Below, piece after piece: positions 57,072 through 64,000 of a stretch of DNA of 64,000 bases. Where the stretch lies: the IMG/VR virus record IMGVR_UViG_3300025121_000011, positions 248,001-312,000 of that record; one strand, written 5' to 3'. Every line of letters begins with the position of its first letter. Positions within the stretch are counted from its first letter, which is position 1. The translations under genes were made by a program, and so were the position numbers. A model generated the notes under the pieces. It was not told the origin of the DNA, did no database searches, and saw only the letters and a list, made by a program, of their open reading frames with translations.

Positions 57072-57677
57072 ATCCGTTTTGGGGTCTCGCTAAAGATGGT
57101 GAATATATTTTTGATTATCCAATCATATTTGAAGTCGGCGTATATCTTGATACTTCTAATAGGATTGCTCCTGAAGTACATGAGGTTCAAATTGCAATTC
57201 CAGTTGTCACAGTAGAAATTGTAGAGAAGCCAATTTTCATAGAGGTGGAACCAGAATCTACTCTTGATATGCAGGAGGTCAAAGATCTAATTGCCTCGCA
57301 ATTAGAAGTTGAGCTATCTCTGTTAGATGCTTCTAAGAAGAAAAATTTAGCATCACATTCAGGCATTAGGACTATTGGAGGCTGAAGTTGGTGTCAATAT
57401 TGATGATACTTGTTGATTTAGCAGAGTTACGGACTAATGTTGACTTGTCATGCAGTTCTTATCGTATAAGACTTGGGTGTTCTAATGGCAATAGATGGGC
57501 GAAGTTGAGGCAAATTATCTCAACTTCGCCCAAAGGCGGCAAAAACTTGGCAGTGCAATTACTACTAAGTTTAGTTATTGTCTTATTAAAAAAAATGCCG
57601 TCGTAATACATGGGCATAAAGAACAAGATAACCAAAACCCTTAGCTGGAAGTATATTGACTTTACTCGGAGGAAATC

Positions 57678-58022
57678 ATGGGTGACCGTATTAAATTTGA
57701 TTGGGTGACAGGAAAAACCTGTAATGTTTCAGAACTTGAACGAGATATCGATGAGTATCTTAGGGATAATGCTGGAGCGTCAAATATTGTTAAGCTAAGG
57801 ACCGCCACAGAAGGTGGAAAGAATTTTACTACACCTCGAAAGACTATTGTAGAGGCGAAAGTTAGAATTCCAATTTTTCAAGGTGTTCGTCGATTTAAAA
57901 AGCTTGAAATTAAAACTGACGAACAGATTGCGGAAGAAAAGAAACTTGCTGAAAATGAAGCGAGGTTAGTTGAGCGTCGTCGTCAACGTGCGGAAAGAGT
58001 TCTCATGGAGAAGGCTGGATAA
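57678..58022 (+). CDS. hypothetical protein
   Basis: GGAGG RBS; header at about 57535. Confidence 0.7.
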   Translation: MGDRIKFDWVTGKTCNVSELERDIDEYLRDNAGASNIVKLRTATEGGKNFTTPRKTIVEAKVRIPIFQGVRRFKKLEIKTDEQIAEEKKLAENEARLVERRRQRAERVLMEKAG

Positions 58023-58083
58023 TCATAAATAATAGACCACTTTAATTAAAGTAGTAAATTTATAAAATTTTTCGGAGGAAACC

Positions 58084-58428
58084 ATGATTGACACTAATGA
58101 AGTTATTATTAAAACTGAGATTGGAACCTTTGCTCTTGTTCGGGATATGGAGCGATTTGAGCGATATTGGATTACTCGTGATGGACGGTGTCCCGGTGCG
58201 CTAAAAAACGATAATATCGGGATGGTTGTTCCAGCTATATTTAGTATGGAACTTTATGCCATGGCTTTGGAAGAGGGATATTCTGTAGATTCTTTGTCTA
58301 CACCTAAGCGTCCGATCAAGGAACATACTTCTAATCCGCGTGAGGCAAAGGCCCCGTCTGGTAAGCTGAAGATTAAGATTTCTATGAAGCCTCGTATTGT
58401 AACTCGTGGTGAAGCCATTATTAATTAG
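58084..58428 (+). CDS. hypothetical protein
   Basis: GGAGG RBS. Confidence 0.7.
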   Translation: MIDTNEVIIKTEIGTFALVRDMERFERYWITRDGRCPGALKNDNIGMVVPAIFSMELYAMALEEGYSVDSLSTPKRPIKEHTSNPREAKAPSGKLKIKISMKPRIVTRGEAIIN

Positions 58429-58466
58429 TTTAATGCATAGTGCTCAACCTATGATAAGAGGTTAAT

Positions 58467-59027
58467 ATGATTGATGTTGAGGCTTTGTATTTAGAGATAA
58501 ATGCTGCGCATTTTAAAAATAGTCTACCCGCGGATCTTCCAATCGAATGGAATTATAGTTTGCGCACAACAGCGGGAAGGTGTCATTATAGAGGCATAGG
58601 TTATAGAGTTTCCCCAACCAAGATTGATCTAAATCCACGATTGTTAGATTCTGATGAAAAAATTAGAAACACTTTAACTCATGAGATGGTGCATGCCTGG
58701 TTGATGCTTGATACCGGAGAGTATCATGGTCATGATGTATTTTTTCAACGGAAGATGGATGAAATTGTAGGATACAAGTGTTCACACACGTATCATCAGT
58801 ATGATGTTTCTGATTTGCAGGAGGTGCGAGGTATTGAATATCATTGTCCGAAGCACGGAGTTGTTGGCCATAGAGCCAGAATGCCTCGTGCATATGATCT
58901 TAATCGCTATGTCTGCGATTACTGTGGTAGCAGAATTGAGTTTGTGGATACGCGACCTCCGACTTCTGCTGCTGCATCTCGTAAACAAAAGTCGGGAAAA
59001 TTATCTATTAAGATACGACTTAAATGA
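58467..59027 (+). CDS. SprT-like zinc metalloprotease
   Basis: IEWNYSLRTTAGRC, TLTHEMVHAW, HGHDVFF and C-terminal CDYC. Confidence 0.85.
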   Translation: MIDVEALYLEINAAHFKNSLPADLPIEWNYSLRTTAGRCHYRGIGYRVSPTKIDLNPRLLDSDEKIRNTLTHEMVHAWLMLDTGEYHGHDVFFQRKMDEIVGYKCSHTYHQYDVSDLQEVRGIEYHCPKHGVVGHRARMPRAYDLNRYVCDYCGSRIEFVDTRPPTSAAASRKQKSGKLSIKIRLK

Positions 59028-59039
59028 GTCTAAATTAAA

Positions 59040-59744
59040 ATGATTTGGTATATTGGAGATGTTCATTGTCGAGTTAAAGATATTAAAAAAATCGCCAATG
59101 ATGCAGAATCGTCTTGTAATCCTCCTGCTGTGTTAATTCAAGTTGGAGATTTCGGATGTTTTTGGCCAAATTATACAAAAGAAATGGATGCCTGGATCCA
59201 TGCCCGCGCGTTAACGCGGGAATGGTCTATTCCAATTATTACATGCGGAGGAAATCACGATAATTGGAATTTATTTCTAAAGCTAGAATCAGAAAGTGAT
59301 GCAGATTTACTAGAGATTATTCCAGATTCTGGAATTTTTTATGCTCGTCGTGGGTCTGTAATAGATATTGGCGGCATATCTCACGGATTTTTAGGTGGAG
59401 CATTTTCAACAAATCAGTCTTCTCTTATAGAAAACATAGATTGGTGGCGTCGTGAGGAACCAAATCGAGAAGAGTTCGACAGATTTTATCAAAATCTTTT
59501 AACATATCATCCAGATACAATCATTACGCATGAAGCTCCACGCTGTGTTTCTTATGATAGAATAGGAAGAAATTCAAATACCACAGTTAGGATGTTGGAT
59601 AATTTGTTTTGGATGGCAATGAAAGATGGATATCAACCGAAACGACATTACTACGGACATCATCATATATTAGAAAAAAGAAAAATAGCTGGAACAAAAT
59701 TTTTCTGTTGTGGATACCACGGGGAATATTGGATTCGAGATTAG
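59040..59744 (+). CDS. calcineurin-like metallophosphoesterase
   Basis: GDVH, QVGDFG, GGNHDN, THEAP, GHHH. Confidence 0.85.
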   Translation: MIWYIGDVHCRVKDIKKIANDAESSCNPPAVLIQVGDFGCFWPNYTKEMDAWIHARALTREWSIPIITCGGNHDNWNLFLKLESESDADLLEIIPDSGIFYARRGSVIDIGGISHGFLGGAFSTNQSSLIENIDWWRREEPNREEFDRFYQNLLTYHPDTIITHEAPRCVSYDRIGRNSNTTVRMLDNLFWMAMKDGYQPKRHYYGHHHILEKRKIAGTKFFCCGYHGEYWIRD

Positions 59745-59958
59745 ATTTAAAAAGGAGGCAACTAATGGGCGTGTGGTATCTATGCTGTTTGGCTATCATA
59801 AATATTTATCTAATAAAAATATGTTATGATGTAATCCCAAAAGCAAGAAACTTTGGTGAAAAGTTTCGGGCCTGGGTTGGGCTCGTGGCAAATATTTTTG
59901 CTTTAATTGTTTCTGTTATATTTTTAGTGACATACCTAACTATCTAGGAGGGTTTAAA

Positions 59959-60198
59959 ATGTTGGGGTATTTAATTTTCTGGATTGTTTCTAGAATTATT
60001 ATATTTATTCTAATTTCAAAAAAATTCTATATTTCAAGAAATACAGAGTTGCCATCTGTTGTATGCTTTCTGTCTATACCTATTGTTGGTGAAATGGTTG
60101 TAATTCTAGAAGTTTTATTTTTTACATATGACATCCTTATTCCACGTATTATGATGCGGGTTGGTGGTGTTTGTAACAATCTCACAAGGAAAAAATAA
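59959..60198 (+). CDS. small membrane protein
   Basis: Hydrophobic; GGAGG RBS. Confidence 0.5.
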   Translation: MLGYLIFWIVSRIIIFILISKKFYISRNTELPSVVCFLSIPIVGEMVVILEVLFFTYDILIPRIMMRVGGVCNNLTRKK

Positions 60199-60392
60199 TG
60201 GAATTTATTATTCTATATATTCTTAATAGTCCCGCTGGACTTGTTGTGGTTACCGCCATTATGTTATGGGGGTTGTATGTGGTGGCGGGTATGGGTATGC
60301 GTGCATATCGAGATAATGATTTGGCGACAGGCTTATCATCATTATTGGCGATTTTAATGTATCTTTGTTGTTTTGGCAGCTTTATTCTATAA
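60198..60392 (+). CDS. small membrane protein
   Basis: Hydrophobic. Confidence 0.5.
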   Translation: MEFIILYILNSPAGLVVVTAIMLWGLYVVAGMGMRAYRDNDLATGLSSLLAILMYLCCFGSFIL

Positions 60393-60404
60393 TAGGATAT
60401 TATA

Positions 60405-60674
60405 ATGTCTACACCGGCTATTATTTATTTAGTGCTTGTTATAATGCAACTCTTTTATATGTGGGTTAGGTATTGTCTTGATGTAAATGTAGATGCTCCA
60501 GTCGATACGTTGTCGATCATTATGATTTGTTTGTTATTGCTTTGGGGAGGGTTTTTCGATCCTCCTCATAAAGAGGTTGATTGTTCTACAGATGATGTTG
60601 TTGTGGCAATTCCAAATGGTTATCATCTGGAAAAGATTCAAACTAACATAAAAGATTTAGACTCGGGAATTTAA
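60405..60674 (+). CDS. small membrane protein
   Basis: Hydrophobic; AGGA RBS. Confidence 0.5.
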   Translation: MSTPAIIYLVLVIMQLFYMWVRYCLDVNVDAPVDTLSIIMICLLLLWGGFFDPPHKEVDCSTDDVVVAIPNGYHLEKIQTNIKDLDSGI

Positions 60675-60771
60675 AGGTATCTAGGTTTATAGTAACTTAT
60701 AAAAATATATCTCACGGTAAACTTAAATAGAATAATATAGGATTATTATATCTCAGTGGAAGCTGAGAATT

Positions 60772-61341
60772 TTGTATTTTAATAAACTAAATATAGGAGA
60801 TATTACAGTGGATAAATATGATGATATGGCCGGATTACCACTTTGGAGTATCCCAAAATCTTCGTCTGAGACTCGTTTGCAGTTTATTAAGGATTCTGAA
60901 AAAGATTTATCTGATATTAAATCGATAGATCTAAGAACTCAGGATGGAGTAAAGCTGTTTCATCAAACGATGAATAAATTTGGTTTTCAATTTACTGAAG
61001 GCACAAAGGAAGATGAGAAAATTCTCAAGATTCAACAGGATAATGCTTGTATTATCATGGAGAGTTTAATTGAGGCAGCAAAGATTGGAAAAGAGGGACA
61101 AACAGTTTTAATAGCTACATATCAAAAGGATGTTTTATACGGATTATGTTTTGACTTAGAAAATAAAAGAGTATATAAAACATCGGTTAAGATTGATATG
61201 ACTAAGTATACCAATCAAGATGCTGTTTTGAAAGAAATCTCAGATCTTACAATTGGGTTAACACTTGAAGCATGGGCAAAGCAACAGAATGCTGTTATTG
61301 CTTGGGATGCTGTAAGTATTTTATGCGGTTGTGCTTTTTAA
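60772..61341 (+). CDS. hypothetical protein
   Basis: 189-aa ORF. Confidence 0.6.
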   Translation: MYFNKLNIGDITVDKYDDMAGLPLWSIPKSSSETRLQFIKDSEKDLSDIKSIDLRTQDGVKLFHQTMNKFGFQFTEGTKEDEKILKIQQDNACIIMESLIEAAKIGKEGQTVLIATYQKDVLYGLCFDLENKRVYKTSVKIDMTKYTNQDAVLKEISDLTIGLTLEAWAKQQNAVIAWDAVSILCGCAF

Positions 61342-61354
61342 AAGGAAAAAATAA

Positions 61355-62530
61355 ATGACTACATCACTTGAAGATCTTACCACTGCATTACCAACTTTAT
61401 ATGCTTTAGACAGCAGCGGACGTATCAAGGTCTGGTCCGTTAGCATATGCATACATTTGGATCAATCCGCTACATATACAGTAATTCACGGGCTTTTAGA
61501 TGGAAAGAAACAGAGAAGCCCGCGCAAAATTACCAGCGGGAAAAATATTGGGAAAGCTAATGAAACTTCCCCATATGCTCAAGCGTTATCAGAAGCTCAA
61601 AGCAAATGGAAAAAACAGATTGACAAGGGATATGTAGAAGATGTGAATAACATTCCTGTCTGCACAGAGGTAGAATATTTTCTTCCGATGCTTGCTCAAA
61701 AATATACTGAGCGTAGTAAGCACATGAAATATCCTGCGTATGTGCAGCCAAAGTTCGATGGTTATCGAGCACTTAGTCGAAGAATCGGTAAGCAAGTTGT
61801 TCTATGGTCTAGAACCGGGAAGCCATTTTTTACCCTGGATATTATCGTTTCTGAATTAGAATCGATAATAAGTTCAAATGAATGTTTAGATGGGGAAGTT
61901 TATAGGCATGACTGGAGAAGTCCATCTAATGAGCCCGACTTTCAAAGAGTTTCTTCGGCAATTAAAAAGAGAAAGGCAGATACAGATTTGTTAGAATATC
62001 ATGTTTATGATCGTCCAATTCCAGAGAAGCCTGAAGCCTCATTCTATGAGCGGTTTTATAAACCAGCGTTCATTGACGGCACTTTAGTTGGCAGTGACCA
62101 TGTTAAAATTGTCCCCACTGCATTGGTGGCATCAGAAGAAGAAATGATGCTTCTTTTTAATCAATGGGTCAGTGAAGACCTTCCGTATGAAGGTGCTATC
62201 GTTAGAAATGCTTCTGGTGTATATGGATTTGACACCAGAAGCAATGATCTTCTGAAGGTAAAGGATTTTCAAGAAGAAGAGTATGAAATCATTGGAGCTA
62301 AAGAAGGTACCGGAAAAGACGAGGGTACTGCAATCTTCTTATGTAAGATGAAGGATGGTACAGAATTTGATAGTCGTCCGGTAGGCTCTTATGAGCAGAG
62401 AGCAGAATATTTAACTAACATTAGTAAATATATAGGCAGATATCTTCGGGTAAGATTTAATGGTCTGTCTAATCTTGGGGTTCCACGCTTTAATCGTGGC
62501 GTAGGTATCAGAGAAGAATGGGATATGTAA
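61355..62530 (+). CDS. lig: ATP-dependent DNA ligase
   Basis: LPMLA, VQPKFDGYR, LDGEVY, YHVYD, YEGAIVR, LLKVKD, OB-fold ending PRF. Confidence 0.9.
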   Translation: MTTSLEDLTTALPTLYALDSSGRIKVWSVSICIHLDQSATYTVIHGLLDGKKQRSPRKITSGKNIGKANETSPYAQALSEAQSKWKKQIDKGYVEDVNNIPVCTEVEYFLPMLAQKYTERSKHMKYPAYVQPKFDGYRALSRRIGKQVVLWSRTGKPFFTLDIIVSELESIISSNECLDGEVYRHDWRSPSNEPDFQRVSSAIKKRKADTDLLEYHVYDRPIPEKPEASFYERFYKPAFIDGTLVGSDHVKIVPTALVASEEEMMLLFNQWVSEDLPYEGAIVRNASGVYGFDTRSNDLLKVKDFQEEEYEIIGAKEGTGKDEGTAIFLCKMKDGTEFDSRPVGSYEQRAEYLTNISKYIGRYLRVRFNGLSNLGVPRFNRGVGIREEWDM

Positions 62531-62847
62531 TGTATAGCATAGTAATTTTATTGTTTGGCTTTTGTGTTATGATGCTTTTGATAAAACTTGGCATGTTGAG
62601 TAGTGTGCATGATCTTGATCGCACTAATAAGCTTCTTAAGATTGCTAAGAATCAATTAAAAGAATTATTTGAAGCAGAACAGATTTTAGGAAGAGCTCTC
62701 GGATATCCCACGTATGATCCTGTTTTATTTCCAGATGCAGATGGCGATGTTTGTACTGGTGAAAACACTGTAGTAACTTTGGCATTGGAAGCAGCGGACT
62801 TAATTGCAAATTTGGATACAACTGACAAAGTATTAGTGGAGATTTAA
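62518..62847 (+). CDS. membrane-anchored hypothetical protein
   Basis: N-terminal TM. Confidence 0.55.
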   Translation: MGYVMYSIVILLFGFCVMMLLIKLGMLSSVHDLDRTNKLLKIAKNQLKELFEAEQILGRALGYPTYDPVLFPDADGDVCTGENTVVTLALEAADLIANLDTTDKVLVEI

Positions 62848-63347
62848 TGATTTTTTATATTGGTACATATAATGATGGAGTTGTAAAACATGAGGGCTGT
62901 GAAAACTTAAAGGAGGCAGTAAGATTTTTCTCTAGAGATGTTATGGGTCATACTTTAAATAGTATTACAGATTATAATTACAATTTGTTATGGTCTATAG
63001 ATGGAGGATACAAACCCTATCAGAGTAGCTCCATTAGGGCTATTGATGAGGTAGAAGTATCTCATATTATAGATTATCTAAAAAATTCAGAAGAGGAATT
63101 ATTTACCTTCTTAGTTGAAGACTCTAAGTTAAAGACAAAAGGGTATCGAACTGGTGCAAGCTTTACTTTTGAAGATGGAGTGTTTGTGTTAAAAGATTCA
63201 GAAATGCAACCACGTAAAATGATTAAGATTTCAATAGACGTAGTTGATATTATGAAACATAGGTTCAATGCTGAATACTTATGTGAGAATTGTAATAGGA
63301 GCATGCTAGATATGGAAGATCCAACCGGATTTTGTAATTCAATTTAA
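62847..63347 (+). CDS. hypothetical protein
   Basis: Coupled ORF. Confidence 0.6.
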   Translation: MIFYIGTYNDGVVKHEGCENLKEAVRFFSRDVMGHTLNSITDYNYNLLWSIDGGYKPYQSSSIRAIDEVEVSHIIDYLKNSEEELFTFLVEDSKLKTKGYRTGASFTFEDGVFVLKDSEMQPRKMIKISIDVVDIMKHRFNAEYLCENCNRSMLDMEDPTGFCNSI

Positions 63348-63361
63348 AAGAGATATTTAAT

Positions 63362-63805
63362 ATGAACTCCTATCAGCGAAGAAAAAATCGTCGTTTTTTT
63401 AGCAAACTAATTAAAGCCCATCAAAATGGGCGACGAGGTAATTGGGCTTACTCTAGGGGCGGTAAGAAATATGATTGTGAAGTATTTTTTGGTGTAGATA
63501 GAATAAGTTTATTATCAAAAGATAGGCGAAGTGTAGTTGTAACTTGGACACCCTCTTTCCCCATGCAGATACGAAGTTTAAAGTTTTTAGAAGAATATTA
63601 TGGAGAGGATTCTGAGCTGAGATTCTTTCCTGCCTTTAGATTAAAAAATACCGATTATGTTATTATTCCGGGATTGCTAAAGGGTTCTATACAGTGGATC
63701 TCCCTCCCATTATTAAGAAATGCTTCTTTTGATGAAGTATTTAATGTTCTGACTAGTGCTCAGAAGAAGGAAATCATTTGGGTTTTTGATATACTTAGAG
63801 GATAG
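63362..63805 (+). CDS. hypothetical protein with shared C-terminal helical motif
   Basis: Ends FDEVFNVLTSAQKKEIIWVFDILRG. Confidence 0.6.
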   Translation: MNSYQRRKNRRFFSKLIKAHQNGRRGNWAYSRGGKKYDCEVFFGVDRISLLSKDRRSVVVTWTPSFPMQIRSLKFLEEYYGEDSELRFFPAFRLKNTDYVIIPGLLKGSIQWISLPLLRNASFDEVFNVLTSAQKKEIIWVFDILRG

Positions 63806-63809
63806 TGTA

Positions 63810-64000
63810 ATGAAAAAAATTGCAATAATTGGAGATATTCATGGTCGTTTAGATATGTTGATGAAAATGCATCTGAAAATCAGAGATGCATATGGAGATT
63901 TACAATTATATTCAACAGGTGATTTAATTGATCGAGGACCTGATGCCAGTGGTGTGATACAATATTGTATTGATAATAATGTAAAGGCTGTTAGAGGCAA
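63810..64000 (+). CDS. metallophosphoesterase (Ser/Thr phosphatase/Pnkp-phosphatase-like), runs off the right edge
   Basis: MKKIAIIGDIHGRL..STGDLIDRGPDA..VRG. Confidence 0.85.
   Translation, partial: MKKIAIIGDIHGRLDMLMKMHLKIRDAYGDLQLYSTGDLIDRGPDASGVIQYCIDNNVKAVRG

Noticed and set aside
1-64000. Eukaryotic giant virus origin, or an alternative genetic code
   Set aside because: Shine-Dalgarno sites, coupled operons, intrinsic terminators, sigma54-like sites and bacterial-type CRISPR repeats indicate a bacteriophage. Conserved enzymes translate full-length in code 11.
1-64000. cas genes serving the mini-arrays
   Set aside because: No ORF with recognisable Cas1/2/3/6/7/10 motifs in this window; they may lie elsewhere in the genome or in the host.

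Overview
A 64-kb segment of a large (jumbo-type) bacteriophage genome. It has Shine-Dalgarno-led, tightly packed genes mostly on the + strand, two tRNAs and no cas genes. Three zones are visible. (1) 1-9.9 kb is AT-rich, with three genes carrying four atypical Ser/Thr/APH-like kinase domains, an RNase H-like YkuK protein and an Fe/Mn-SOD-like gene; several of these proteins share a putative virion-cargo helix. (2) About 10.2-37.7 kb is visibly more GC-rich and built of modular cassettes. Each has a 37-bp dyad made of two opposed sigma54 -24/-12 consensus sites (21 copies), a GGCGGCAAAA..CTCTAAAAARATAT..GTAA promoter-like header, a short cargo and a hairpin terminator. Cargoes include ArdC, three bL12-CTD-like proteins, acidic peptides, tRNA-Leu, tRNA-Lys and several ORF-free structured RNAs, one containing a split copy of the 23S rRNA GTPase-associated centre. 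(3) 38-64 kb is AT-rich and holds accessory and repair genes: SPFH, radical SAM, Rnl2-type ligase, Hen1, a stand-alone Pnkp ligase, GNAT, HNH, SprT, two metallophosphoesterases, DNA ligase and a tandem triplication of an Ala/Tyr-rich Imm5-like gene. The most striking observation is three cas-less CRISPR repeat-spacer fragments (31.15-31.35, 32.69-32.78 and 36.23-36.51 kb) built from type I-G-like and type III-like repeats. Their spacers match the phage's own triplicated gene at 47.6-49.2 kb, one at 36/37 nt with a TTC PAM. They are oriented so that local + strand transcription would make anti-crRNA, suggesting captured host spacers reused as an RNA decoy against CRISPR immunity. Family assignments come from motif recognition by eye, not database searches.
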